The notes under the pieces: model-generated | The model's database searches: none | Seen by the model: the letters and a program-made list of their open reading frames with translations, nothing else | Told to the model about the DNA's origin: nothing | Made by a program: the position numbers and the translations under genes | Shown here: piece after piece, positions 1 to 13,027 of the stretch | Numbering within the stretch: position 1 is the stretch's first letter | Layout: each line of letters starts with the position of its first letter | Origin: Octopus vulgaris | Lineage: Eukaryota | NCBI GenBank assembly: GCA_951406725.2 | Contig: OX597822.1 | Span: forward strand, 63,736,001 to 63,800,000 | DNA length: 64,000 bases | Direction of reading: 5' to 3'

Positions 1-225
1 CTGAACCAGGAACCATGTGGTTTGTAAGCAAGCTACTTACCACACAGCCACTTCTACGCCTCCTAGAATTTGTAAAACTTACCGAATTACATACCTTTGA
101 GTTCAGTCCCACTGTGTGGCAACTTTGCCGAGTGTCTTCTTCTACGGTAGATCCAGGTCAACCAAAGTCTTCAGAGTAGATTTGGTGGACAGAAACTGAA
201 AGAAGCCCCTTGTATATGTATATAT

Positions 226-630
226 AGGGAGAGAGAAAGAGAGAGAGGAGGAGGAAGAGGAAGAGAAGGGGAGAAAGAAAGAAGGATGGGGAGAAAGAGA
301 GAGAGAAGAGGAGAAAAAAGGAGAGTAGGAGAGAGAGAAAGAGAGAGAAAGAAAGAGAGAAAGAGATAGAAGGGAAGAAAGAAAGATAAGAAGGGAGAGT
401 GAGAGAGAAGGGGAGAAAGAGAGGAGGGGAGAGAAAGAGAAGGAGAGAAAGAAAGAGAGAAAGGGAGAGGAAGAGAAGAGGAGAAAGAGAGAGAAGGGGA
501 GAAAGAAAGAGGAGAAAGAGTGAGAGAAGGAAAGAGAGAGAGAAGTGGAGAAAAAAAGAGAGGAAGGAAGAGTGAGAGAGAAGGGGAAAAAGAGAGGAGG
601 GGATAGAGAAGAAGAGAAAGAGAGAGAGAG
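226..630. repeat. GA-rich polypurine low-complexity tract
   Basis: Almost exclusively G/A for ~400 bp. Confidence 0.9.
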
Positions 631-894
631 CAGCTTTAGGTACAAAATCCTGTTATTCCTTGATGTCTCTGGTTGAGACATGTGTACAACTTGTATAAAT
701 TAAAGCAAAACCCAAAGCATAATAACTCTCTGCTATAGGCACAAGGCCTGAAATTTTGGGGAGATGGGGTTAGTCAATTACACCCACTTCATTACTTGAC
801 TGGTACCTACTTTATTGACCCCCGAAAGGATGAAAGGCAAACTTGAACTTGGCAGAATTTGAACTCAGAACATAATGAGCCAAAAGAAATATTG

Positions 895-1279
895 GGTGCA
901 GGAGTGGCTGTGTGGTAAGTAGCTCGCATACCAACCACATGGTCTCAGGTTCAGTCCCACTGTGTGGCACCTTGGGCAAGTGTCTTCTACTATAACTTTG
1001 GGCCGACCAAAGCCTTGAGAGTGGATTTGGCAGATGGAAACTGGAAGAAGCCCGTTGTATATGTATGTGTGTATATGTTTGTGTGTCTGTTTGTCCCCAC
1101 CAACATCACTTGAGAACTGATGGTGGTGTGTTTATGTCCCTGTAACTTAGCGGCTTGGTAAAAGAGACCAATAGAATAAGTACTAGGCTTACAAAGAATA
1201 AGTCCTGGGGTTGATTTGTTCGACTTAAGGTGGTGCTCCAGCATGGCCACAGTTAAATGACTGAAACAAGTAATAGAGT
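895..1279 (+). mobile_element. tRNA-derived SINE family A (octopus OK/OR-type), nested in a family B copy
   Basis: Head GGAGTGGCTGTGTGGTAAG...GGTTCAGTCCC (A/B boxes), internal (TG)n, 3' CAGCATGGCC...GACTGAAACAAGTA; splits a - strand family B copy (727-890 and 1280-1324). Confidence 0.85.
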
Positions 1280-1446
1280 ATGCATTTGTCCAACAAGCTA
1301 ATGACTCTGCTTGCTTGCCACCTTAAAACATAATAATAATGATATATAAATAAATTGAAAAATCTAAAAAATAATTAATCATAACATATATAGCACTGCT
1401 TTTTTATGTTTTTTATTAAATTTTTCTTTCTTTCTTTTTTTACCAG

Positions 1447-1576
1447 TGCCTTGTCTTGCTCCAAATTAGTGGTAAAGTCTAGCTCCTGTGATGAAATAGA
1501 TAATAAAGAAAACAACCAAAAAACATTCAGCACCAGTGCACCAGCATCAACTAACTGTCTCCTAGGCAACTTTGAA
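1447..1576 (+). CDS. FAM214A: FAM214A/Atos homolog, internal coding exon (upstream exons lie outside the window)
   Basis: Polypyrimidine tract+CAG acceptor, GAA|GTAAGT donor; encodes ...ALSCSKLVVKSSSCDEIDNKENNQKTFSTSAPASTNCLLGNFE, joining in phase 0 to ESILNGR (LLGNFEES motif of FAM214 DUF4210). Confidence 0.85.
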
Positions 1577-3555
1577 GTAAGTTTCAATCTTTCTTAAATA
1601 TAGTCTTCATTATATTGGTATCTAATTTTATGAACTTGTGGAATTATATATATATAAAAAAAGGCAGATTGGCAGGATCAATAGTGTTGGATAGAATGCC
1701 TTGTATGTTGTTATATATATCTATATGCCTTGTATGTTGTTATATATATATATATATATCATCATCATCATCATCGTTTAGCGTCCGTTTTCCATGCTAG
1801 CATGGGTTGGACGGTTCTACTGGGGTCTGTGAAGCCAGAAGGCTTCATCAGGCCCAGTCAAATCTGGCAGTGTTTCTACGGCTGGATGCCCTTCCTAACG
1901 CCAACCACTCCGTGAGTGTAGTGGATGCTTTTTACGTGCCACCCGCACTGGTGCCAGACAGAGCTGGCAAACGGCCACGAACGGATGGTGCTTTTTATGT
2001 GCCACCGGCACGAGGGCCAGGCGAGGCTGGCAACGGACACGAAACGGGGCGGTGCTGGCAACATATATATATATGTAATGTGTGATTTTTGAAGTTTTCC
2101 AATATTGCATAGTATATTGCATAGTATATATGTATATCTTGGTTAGATACCTAGCTCTAGATAATGTAATGATATTGTATAATATGTAATATATGAGAGC
2201 CTTTTGTGAGTTTGGTGGGTTTAGGTTGAGATTATAGGTTTTTTGTATGTGTTTATTTGGAAGGTTTTTATTATATATTTGGTCTTTTTGTACTCACCTT
2301 AATTTGTATCTTATGCTATTCACTGATAAACCTTTTTCATTTTTTTTTTTTTCATTTTCTCATTTTCATGCATTTTGCTTTATAATTATTACCAGCCTCA
2401 TATATTTAGTTTATATCTATAGTCCTCTGGATCTGTACTTTAAACTATCCTTCCATACATATTTACTTTCAACAATATAAAATATATATATTCACTTTAT
2501 TTATTTTTATTTATTTCCCATTTTATTGTAATATTATCAATCTTTGCATCTAGTCTTCTATTCATTTATTTATTTGCCTATTTAAGTGTAGATGTTTACA
2601 TACATATCAAGTCATCTAATTTGTTACCTATTTATTTTTTACTTATTTACTTATACTGGTGTAGTTTTATACATACATATCTATCATTTATTTTTATTTA
2701 ATTTTAATAATATATGAATACATATATACTAGTTTGTACTTATAATTATGTGTATAACCGTATTTATTCCTTCGTATTTATTCCTTTTTATTTATTTTAT
2801 CTCTTTTCATCTTAAGTCTTTATAATATAAAATTTATTTAAAATTTCTGTGATGTTCTCATAAGCGTTTACATTAATACTTCCCCTTCTATTCTTTAATG
2901 CCTAAACTGGTATATTATGGCACTATATTTATTAAGTTAATAAGTGACTTATTTATAATATTTAAATTAATATATATTTTATATTTTATATTTTATAATT
3001 TAGCGTACTTAAAATCATAACAAACTTACGATAAACCTAACAACCGTATGTTTACTCTGTAACAAACCGGTGTTATAAATTTTAAGTTACCCATGAAATA
3101 ATTATCTGAATTAGTAACATACTGATATTTAAAAATATATTTATATCTAAATTAAATATTTTATAGAATGCATGGATGGTTCTTTTTTTGTTATTGAGAC
3201 TCAGTTATAATTTTGAAGGACTAAATGTTAGCATAGTTGCTTCCCTTTTTTGTTTATCTAAGTGCTAGTTGTTGCTTGTGATTGTGTATGTGTAGAAGTG
3301 TATGTATATACATATAACTATGTGTGTATGTGCGTTTGATCTGTAGATGCGTGTGTGAATATTGGCGTTCCTTGACTAACCAACCGTATAATTTTCTTTT
3401 GTGATTTAAATTTCAAACCAATAGCCAATCGAATTAATCTAAATTTTCTTTACCTAGTGGTCAGCATTTCTTAACTCATAGTTATTTCGATCTTGAAAGG
3501 ATGGACTTGGTGCTAACTTAACTGTATCTATTTTTAGTATTTTTTATTATTATTA

Positions 3556-3599
<44 letters not shown>

Positions 3600-3953
3600 A
3601 GTAATTTTTATTAACTTTTATAGCTTTAGAATTTTATGAACTGTACCACGGATTTAATTATTATTTTTCATCTCCATATGTATTAGCCCTTTTTTTTTTT
3701 AAAAAAAAAAAAAAAAAACAAAAAACTATTAGCCAAATATGTATAATATCGGTACTTATTAATATTAATATATACACTGTTATATATTTTGTTTTATTTT
3801 GTTCTGTTTACCTTCCTTTTTGTACAAATGTGTATTATATTATATAAGTGTAGCATTATGATGTATAAGTTTTTATATTTTACATTTTTATATTTTTATA
3901 TTTATATGTATATGATTATATAATATTTTTCACTATTATAACAAATTTAATTT

Positions 3954-4069
3954 AATTCTCTGAAGAGGCCGTGGGGCATCCTTGTTAATGCCTCATTTAT
4001 ACCTGCCTTTATGGCTTATAGGTTAAATGAGGTATGACTGTCCTCACTGCCGAAACAGCTGTCAGTTTT
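3954..4069 (+). ncRNA. Penelope-type minimal (type I) hammerhead ribozyme motif
   Basis: CTGAAGA 3960-3966; long stem II (ggc/gcc, gtggggca/tgtcctcac, atgcctcattta/taaatgaggtat); GAAA 4052-4055; palindromic CAGCTG; GUC 4061-4063. Stem I weak. Confidence 0.65.
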
Positions 4070-4267
4070 GATTTATTTGCATATTATATTTGAAATTTTT
4101 TACTTATATCTCTTTATCTTTTTACTTTTACTATTACTGTGTATCTCATTTCATTTTATATATTGCCTTTACTCATATGTAATGGTGTATTAAAGTATGG
4201 ATTGAGTATCATCGGATAGTTGATGTTTTACTGATTTAAGTATGTTTCTCCATTCTCTAATTTTGTA

Positions 4268-4307
<40 letters not shown>

Positions 4308-4311
<4 letters not shown>

Positions 4312-4468
4312 AGGAGTGGCTGTGTGGTAAGTAGCTTGCTAACCAGCCACATGGTTCCGGGTTCAGTCCCACTGCGTGGCATCTGGGGCAAGCGTCTTCT
4401 GCTATAGCCCCGGGCCGACCAATGCCTTGTGAGTGGATTTGGTAGACGGAAACTGAAAGAAGCCTGTC

Positions 4469-4514
<46 letters not shown>

Positions 4515-4715
4515 TTGTGTTTGTCTCCCTAGCATTGCTTGACAACCGATGCTGGTGTGTTTATGTCCCCGTTACTTAGCAGTTCGGCAAAAGAGACCGA
4601 TAGAATAAGTACTGGGCTTACAAAAGAATAAGTCCCAGGGTCGAGTTGCTCGATTGAAGGCGGTGCTCCAGCATGGCCGCAGTCAAATGACTGAAACAAG
4701 TAAAAGAGTAAGAGT
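4308..4715 (+). mobile_element. SINE family A, full length
   Basis: Highly similar to the 895 and 41584 copies; inserted in (TA)n. Confidence 0.9.
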
Positions 4716-4820
4716 AAATATATATATATATATATATATGTATTTATGTGTGTGTGTGTGTGTTACGGAAATGTACTTGCATAGTGAGTGACTTGATCTG
4801 GGATCGTGCGCTGGAACAAA

Positions 4821-4985
4821 AACAAATGCAGCACGGAAGGTGTTTATAAGCCATTTAAGAAACACACAAAACTGTTAGATTCACTTCAACATTTAAATTT
4901 AATTTGTCAAAATATTTTCCAGTGAATCTAACGGTTTTGTGTGTTTCTTAAATGGCTTATAAACACCTTCCATGCTGCAATTGTT
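4821..4985. repeat. 65-bp inverted repeat, 35-nt spacer
   Basis: Arms 4821-4885 and 4921-4985, three mismatches. Confidence 0.8.
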
Positions 4986-5009
4986 ATATATATGTTGTTA
5001 TATATATAT

Positions 5010-5260
5010 CTGTCACAACTGTGATTTTGCTCGGCATGATGGGTTTTCTTCTCAAGCATGACGTAATGTCAAAGGTCATGGTCATTGCCCCTGTGAGGCC
5101 TAACACTTGAAAGGAACTCAGCCACTTTGCCTCTGTGAGGCCCAACGTTCAAAAAGATGTTCTTTACGTGCCACGAGCACAAGTGCACTTGGCTTGACAG
5201 GTCCTCTCAAGCAAAGCACATCGCCAAAGGTCTCGGTCAGCAGTCATTGCCTCTATATTA
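5010..5260 (-). mobile_element. RTE LINE 3' fragment
   Basis: EAMTADRDLWRCALLERTCQAK, homologous to the 21.9 kb copy. Confidence 0.6.
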
Positions 5261-7010
5261 ATATACATACGTACACACACATATATATATAAACATACAC
5301 ACAAACACAAGTGAGTACATAGGTGCAAGACTAGGTAGGAAAAGTAGAGCAAAATGCTATTTCATTGAATCACAAACTGCTCCTCAGAGTTTCCCATAAC
5401 TTTTCATCAGACACTGGTGATAATTCAGATTAATTTGTGTGTGTGTGTTTGTGTGTGTGTGTGTGCGTGTGTGTGTGTGTGTGCGTTTATCATCATCATC
5501 ATTTAACATCCATTTTCCATGCTGACATGGGTTGGACGGTTTGTCTGAGGACTGGCAAACCAGTAGGCTGCACAAGGTTCCAATCTGATCTGCAAGGTTT
5601 CTACAGCTGGACGCCCTTCCTAAAGCCAACCACTCCGAGAGTGTAGTGGGTGCTTTTTACATGTCACTGGCACGGAACCAGGTCTGGTGGAGTGGGCACT
5701 GGTATCGACCACGTTCGGATGGTGCTTTTTATATGCCACCGACACGGGGAGCCAGTCAGGCGGCACTGGCATTGACCCATGCTTGAATGGTGCTTATTAC
5801 GTGCCACTAGCACGGGCGTCGGTCAGGCGGCACTGGCATCGGCCCTGACTATATATATATATACGAGTGAGATCGTTGCTAGAGCAACAAACTGGCACGT
5901 TAAAAACACTATTCAAGCGTGATCATTACCTGCGTCGCCTTACTAGCACTTGTGCTGTTGGCACATAAAAAAACATTTGAGCAAGGTCGTTGCCAGTGCC
6001 GCTGGACTGGCTCCTGTGCAGGTGGCACATAAAAAGCACCATTTGAGCATGGCTGTTGCCAGTACCGCCTGACTGGCCCTCGTGCCGGTGGCATGTAAAA
6101 GCACCCACTACACTCTCAGAGTGGTTGGCATTAGGAAGGGCATCCAGCTGTAGAAACTCTGCCAGATCAGATTGGAGCCTGGTGCAGCCATCTGGTTCGC
6201 CAGACCTCAGTCAAATCGTTCAACCCATGCTAGCATGGAAAGCGGATGTTAAATGATGATGATGATATGATACACACACACACACAAAGTTGTTTGTTAG
6301 ATACAAAAATACTGTCATGGGATAATGATTGCCATCTCCACAAAGTATTTAACTACAAGTCTTTAATCTATAAATATTCATACAGAGTCAATTAATTCGT
6401 AAGCTTTAAATAGTATGTTATGTAATTCCAATGAACACCTGTTTTTACATTTAGATGTTAAGCATAGATATTTAACACCAACAACGTTAGTTTCCAATTT
6501 AGACATAAGCCCAGTAGTTTTCCGTGGAAGGGATTAAGTTAAAACCATCGACTGCAGTACTTGACTGGTACACTGGCACTTTATTTTATCGACATCCTTG
6601 AGAAATGAAAGGCAAAGTTGTTGACCTTGGCGGGATTTGAACCCAGAACGTAAAAAACCAAAACAAATACCGCAAAGCATTTTTCTTTTTTTTTTTTGTT
6701 CCTGACATTTTAACGAGTCTGCCAGCCCGCCGCCTTGACATGAGTAACAAGAAATTTAATTGTGTAACACCTGTCTTAACATTTAATTCTCAACAATATT
6801 CTATTTTACACTTACCTCCAATTGTGTAATGCCGATTCTAATTTTAATAAGAAATAAATGTGTCAGGGTCTGCCCTAAGTTGTTTACAATATAATACGGC
6901 AAAAATAACCATTGACTTGAAGCCAATCAAATTTACTATTTTTAATCATACACAAGTGTGTCTAGGATTACATTGAGAGAGATTTAGTTGTAATTTCTTG
7001 TTGGCTTCGT

Positions 7011-7045
<35 letters not shown>

Positions 7046-8049
7046 TCTCTATTTTCCCCCCCTATCTCCCTTTCATTCGTCGTAGTGTATTGTGATATTG
7101 TTAAATTTCTTCCAACCATTTGCGGTATTTCGAATTATCACCAGATTTTTAAAAAATGTAGTTTTGCACGCTAATGGCGAAAATCGCATTCATTTTTTTT
7201 CTTTTTTTTTTTTCTCGAAATTAATGAAGTTACATGTGCATAGAAAATTTGAAAAACATCTAGAGAAAAATTTTAAATACTTCAAGTGGTTGGGAAAAAA
7301 ATTTCACAAGATCCACCTACTGTGATGTAGTGTTTGGTGTTCAGCCTACAGCTTAGTTATATCAACAGACCCATTAATCAAATATGTTCTTGCAATGAAA
7401 TGCCGTATTTAGTAGTATATAAAATGCACCTTTTTTTTCGGAAAAAAAAAAGACGGAATTGTCTCCAATGATGACTCCTATGTTACATGAATATGCGCAG
7501 CTGAAATTAGGGTGCGTTTAATATGCCCGTGCGTCTTTCAAGCCATCAAATACGGAACCCTTTTTTTTTTCCTTAGCAGTTTGCCAATTTTGCTAGATGT
7601 ACAATTCAAATATCTAATTTGAAAATAGCAGGTGTTAAAAGTTTTCAGTTAGTAAAAATTATAAATTGGCAATAAAATCCTTTTATTTCATTTGTATCTT
7701 TAGAACTTATCGTATAAATAAACTGATAGAGTTTGTTTCTTCAGATGGGAAGGTGCTAAGGGAGATAACTTTTTATCTACATCAAGGGACATAACTTTTC
7801 AAAAGTACATCATTTTAGTGCGTTTAATAACGTAAAGGCTTTTTTCCTCCCTTCCCTTTCTTTTTGTTTTTGAGAAATTGTTTTGTTAATAAAATAGATA
7901 TTTATTTTAATTCGACTCTAGTTAAGGAGCCCTGTGCTAACAATTAAATGTTTCTAATTGAATGCTTGATGTCATTCAGTTAGTGCTGGGATGCCTTTAC
8001 TTTAAAGGCCACAATAAATTAAAGAACATCCAATAATAATAATGTAATG

Positions 8050-8094
<45 letters not shown>

Positions 8095-8645
8095 CCCTGA
8101 TACAATACTAGCCAGTGATTCTCATGGCTGCTGATCTTAACTGATTGGAAGTGTTATCATGTACATTGCTTTGTCATGGTATAAAAGATGGGCTACAACA
8201 AATATTCTGCTCTATGCCACAGATTTGCTTGTTAGTTGTTTGACCTTAACCAGTTGAGCATTCCTTTGGTGGCTGATAATATGTGCATCTCTGATCACGA
8301 GCAGAAGTAGTTGGGGAGCATCATAGCCATGTGTCGAGAGGGATTCTTTGGGGTTTGAATAATCCACCTCTGGAAACATGGGTGTTTCATTCAACATCCT
8401 TAAACAACTCTTATTGAAGGACCTTTTGACTAGGATGGGTTACTTGACCTGAAACAAATTCTAACAAGGTCATGTGCTGTTTAGCTTGATGTAAGATCAC
8501 CATGTCGCACACATATGGTTGTGATGCATGTACCTGGTGTACCCTTATCAGACAGGTAATCGTGACGGGTATATTGGATCTCATATATTTTACCCCAGTG
8601 TCACTTTGATGTTCATGCCCTGCTCTCTCACTCAATAATCTTAAG

Positions 8646-8968
8646 ACCCCCTTCGGTCATGAATGACCATGGGATTGCACCTAGAAAGTTACCCTCCTAG
8701 ACACAAGTCCGGGCAAGGTTGTTTATGGAAGGCCAGCAGTCGCCCATGCATACCAGCCTCCCCTCTCCACGCCACCAGTGTTATCCAAGGGAAAGACAAA
8801 GGTCGATGTAGCTTGGCACCAGTGACGTCGCAACTCATTTCTACAGCTGAGTGAACTGGAGCAACGTGAAATAAAGTGTCTTGCTCGAGAACACAACACG
8901 CAACCCGGTCCGGGATTCGAGCTCACAACCTCACGATCGTAAGCTCAACGCTCTAACCACTGAGCCAT
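8646..8968 (-). mobile_element. tRNA-derived SINE family C
   Basis: On -: TGGCTCAGTGGTTAGAGC...TCGAATCCC head; second copy at 30982-31314. Confidence 0.75.
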
Positions 8969-9609
8969 CAATAATAATAATAATAATAATGGATTTTTGG
9001 TTTAGGCACAAGGGGCGTGAGGTTAGTCAGTTATATCAATCCCAGTACTTCTATATTTTATCCCCCAACCACCAATGGATGTCTATGTTCTATGCTGGAT
9101 TGGATAGTTTGACAGGATCCAACAGATCCAAGAACTACATCCTGTTCCAGTGTCTACTTGAGTATAATTTCTATGTCCTGATGCCCTTCCTAATGCCAAC
9201 CACTTCGCAGTGTGTACTGGATAATTTTTTTTTTATACCACTGGCACTCGTGAGGTTACCATATGACTTGCAAGTCTACGAAACCTTAATTGGGGTGGTG
9301 TGTCCTTATGTTAGATGGGGGGGGTGTTAGGGTGTGAGGAAAGAGGTTGGTGGTAGAGCCTGTTTTTGTTGTGGAGGAGCTACATGACTACTCATACGTA
9401 TGTACATGAGTATGTATGTTTGTGCTGTCTCCTTTTCCAGACATTGTATGCTTGTCGTAAATGAGTGTCACTGTCATACAAGCAGTGTCAACTATTTCCA
9501 ATATTCTGTGGAAACCAGTCTGGCCGTGGGTGGCAGGTAACAATATCCTACTTGGAAAAAGGTGAAGACCAGTGACAGGCAGGGTGTCCAACAGCAGAAA
9601 ACCTAATAT

Positions 9610-9644
<35 letters not shown>

Positions 9645-9655
9645 TATAATAATAA

Positions 9656-9926
9656 TGTAGTAAAGATTGTTTGCCAATTAAGATGGCAGTCCTGGTTTAG
9701 GATGAATGTTGCTGTAATTTAGGCCCAGAAGATATCATCTCCAGCTGGCTATATGACATGATCTGTGTCCTTATATTTCGATTGGGGGTGCTAGGTTCCC
9801 TTGTTTGAAAGGACACAGATCATGTCGTATAGCCAGCTGGAGACAATGTCTCTTGGGGCTAAATTACAGCAACATTTGCCCTAAACCAGGACTGCCATGT
9901 TATGTTGGCAAAGAATCTTTACTACA
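9656..9926. mobile_element. Fold-back MITE with ~115-bp inverted arms
   Basis: TGTAGTAAAGATT...ATCTGTGTCCTT / AAGGACACAGAT...AATCTTTACTACA. Confidence 0.8.
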
Positions 9927-10129
9927 AAGTACTGTTGCTGAATACCTCTCGTTGTGAGATTTAAAAATAGCAATTTTCTAATAATAATAATGATTTCAAA
10001 TTTTAGTACAACTCCAGCACTCAACTGGTATTTGTTTAATTGTCCCCAAATAGGATGAAAAATAAAGTTAACCTCAGCTGAATAATAATAATAAATGATA
10101 CCAAAGCAATATTTTCAGATGTAAATGCA

Positions 10130-10560
10130 GCGAGCTGGCAGAAACATTAGCATGCCAGGTGAAATGCTTAGCAGTATTTCGTCTGCCGTTATGTTCTGAG
10201 TTTAAATTCCGCCAAGGTCGACTTTGCCTTTCATCCTTTTGGGGTCGATAAATTAAGTACCAGTTATGCACTGAGGTCGATGTAATTGACTTAATCCCTT
10301 TGTCTGTCCTTGTTTGTCCTCTTTATGTTTAGCCCCTTGTGGGCAATAAAGAAGTAAGAAACGTTAGCATGCCGGGCGAAAAGCTTAACAGTATTTTGTC
10401 CGTCTTTACATTCTGAGTTCAAATTCCGCTGAGGTCGACTTTGCCTTCCATCATTTTGGAGTCAATAAATTAATTACCAGTTGCATAGGGTGGGTGGTCG
10501 ATCTAATCAACTGGCCCCCTCCCCAAAAATTTTCAGACCTTGTGAAAATAGAAAATAATA
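10130..10560 (+). mobile_element. SINE family B, two tandem copies
   Basis: GAGCTGGCAGAA...TTCTGAGTTCAAATTCCGCCGAGGTCGACTTTGCCTTTCATCC core twice. Confidence 0.8.
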
Positions 10561-10596
10561 TTTTCCGATGTAATATATAAAATTTTGAATTTGCAG

Positions 10597-10755
10597 GAAT
10601 CCATTTTAAACGGTCGTATTGAACCAAGTGGTGTGGTAGAAGGATTCGTTGCAGAGATTGGTGCCAGTGGAACATTCTGTCCAAAACACATCTGTTTACC
10701 TGTAACCTCATATTTCTTCAGTCTTTCTGATGACAATGCACCTTCCCCTTATTTG
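10597..10755 (+). CDS. FAM214A: FAM214A/Atos homolog exon (DUF4210 region)
   Basis: TTGCAG acceptor, GTGAGT donor, 159 bp: ESILNGRIEPSGVVEGFVAEIGASGTFCPKHICLPVTSYFFSLSDDNAPSPYL; matches FAM214A GFTAEVGASGAFCP...SDDNAPSPY. Confidence 0.95.
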
Positions 10756-11824
10756 GTGAGTTAAAAAAATTAAAACCATTCTTTCTTCTTTATCTTTTAT
10801 CTTTAACTTGTTTCAGTCATCGGACTGTGGCCATACTGGGGCACCGTCTCGAAAGGTTTAGTCCAGTGGTTCTCAACCATTTTTTACCTATGGACCCCTT
10901 TGATTCCTATTTTACTAGGTGCAGGAGTGGCTGTGTGGTAAGTAGCTTGCTTATCAACCACGTGGTTCCGGGTTCATTCCCACTGCGTGGCACCTTGGGC
11001 AAGTGTTTTCTACTATAGCCTCAGGCCGACCAAGAACACAAGTGGGGTTCAAAATTTACCGCATCTGTTTCAGCAGCATTTTATTGATGCATTCTTAGAT
11101 CATGGCAAAAACCTGCCCCATTGTCAGGTAAATTTTACACATATTAACAGGGGAGGCAGAAATAGAAGATGACTAGTTCACCAACAACCTTGGTGGAACA
11201 AGTGTTCCACCATGTGTTTTCTACTACTATTGCAGCCATGGGCCAACCAAAAACTTGCGAGTGGATTTGGTGGATGGAAACTGAAAGAAGCCCATTGTAC
11301 ATGTATGTGTGTGTGTGTGTGTGTATCCTTGTCTAGACATCACTTGATGGTTGTAAATGAACATCATCATTGTAATCATCATCATCATTCAAGCAAGGTT
11401 CTGTTTCCAGTCCTCCATGTAAAATTTTCCTACTGTGGGAAAATATTACTTTGCTTGGAAATAAGGGAGGGGTTGGTGACAGGAAGGGCATCCAGCTGCA
11501 GAAAATCTGTCTCAATAAGTTTCCTCTGACCCATGTACACACAAAAAATTGGTGTTTGAAGTTGATGATGATGATGATGCAGGGGCTACCATGGCGGTGG
11601 CAGCATCTTCATCACTGATGTCATTGTTGTTGTTCACGCTGACCATCAACTGCAAAAAAATGCATAAGACATGGGCACTACCACTTCACCCATGACTAAC
11701 TTTTTAAAATTATAAAAATATTTTTCTTTGCACTTTTCTTTTCTTAAGATTCTTCCATTTATTTATCAACATTTTAAATTTGGATTTTGTCTTTTAATTT
11801 CTTTCATAATCATTTTCTTTGCAG

Positions 11825-11893
11825 GGACACATAAATTTAGAATCTTATTCCAAAAAGGGATATCATGTACCAAAAGTTGGAACCGTCCAAGTT
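11825..11893 (+). CDS. FAM214A: FAM214A/Atos homolog exon
   Basis: TTTGCAG acceptor, GTAAGT donor, 69 bp: GHINLESYSKKGYHVPKVGTVQV (cf. GYRVPPSGTIQV). Confidence 0.93.
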
Positions 11894-12136
11894 GTAAGTT
11901 GAAATAATTAAATATTTCTTTTCCCTGTGGCCAACTTTACAAATAATTATACTACTGATGGTATATGATTTGCTGTACATTCTCAGTTACCAGGATAGAA
12001 CCAGGGCTGGATTTAAACCTAGTGGGGCCCATGGGCCAATAGGTTTTGGGTGTCCCTACAATTTTGCATATGTAATTGTCAACTGTTTAGATGTTGCCAA
12101 TAGGAATGTGCATTGTAAAAACAAATATTACATTGT

Positions 12137-12516
12137 AAACAAGTGCACTTAGAGAGTGCAAACCTCTGTCAAAGCAACACCAGCGCCCTCTCAATGATTA
12201 ACCAGAGATGTTTTTTAAAATGAGAATATCTGAAATAAACTCAACTGCTCTCACAAATGAGAATACTAAAAACGAACCCGACCGCTCTCAAAAATTAAGT
12301 AAAAAAAAAACGGAAAAATAATCCCAGATCCTTGTCCAATATCGGATTAATCCCAAAATCTGATCAGTTTGTGCCAGTTACAAGGCCAAATATCACTGCA
12401 AGTTTCATCCGAATCCATCCAGTGGTTCTTGAGATATCTTGTCCACGGACAAGCAAACAAACAAACAAACATGACTGAAAACAATACCTCCACCTTTACT
12501 AAGGCAGAGGTAATAA
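12137..12516 (+). mobile_element. Helentron-associated (HINE/DINE-like) non-autonomous element
   Basis: AACAAG start, internal (CAAA)n, 3' hairpin ACCTCCACCTT-tact-AAGGCAGAGGT. Confidence 0.55.
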
Positions 12517-13027
12517 TCTAGGGGGCATGAAACATTTTGAAGAGGCCCCAAAACTTAAAAAGGCCTCAAGAGATTCAGACGAACACAGTTGAATTAGATA
12601 TTTTTTGTTGAATGTAAAAGGACCCAATAAATCAAAAGAGGGTGCAATTATTTTTTAAATTAGGGTTAGGGTTAGGGTTAAATTAGATTAAAAAGAATTT
12701 AAACACATAAAAAAGAATATACAAATTATTTATTTGATTGTTGTAAATATATTCTTAATTTTTAACTCCAAGCTTTAAGCTACTCTGAGTTGAAGGGGGC
12801 CCTGTTAATATCTCTATAATTAATTTTCCATTTGAATGCTGTGCAAAATGCTTACCAGCATTTCACCCACTTTTATACGTTCTGAGATCAAATTCCACCA
12901 AGATTGACTTTGCCTTTCACTTTTTCACAGTCAATAACAGTTGAACATTGTAGTCAATGTAATCAACCAGCTCTCTTCTGCAAAATTTCAGATCTTATGC
13001 CTACAATGAAAAGGATTATTATTATCA

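Noticed and set aside
142-681. 179-aa S/L/F-rich ORF
   Set aside because: Antisense translation of a GA-rich low-complexity tract.
12660-12680. (TTAGGG)3 telomeric repeat
   Set aside because: Only three units inside an intronic repeat; not a chromosome end or fusion signature.
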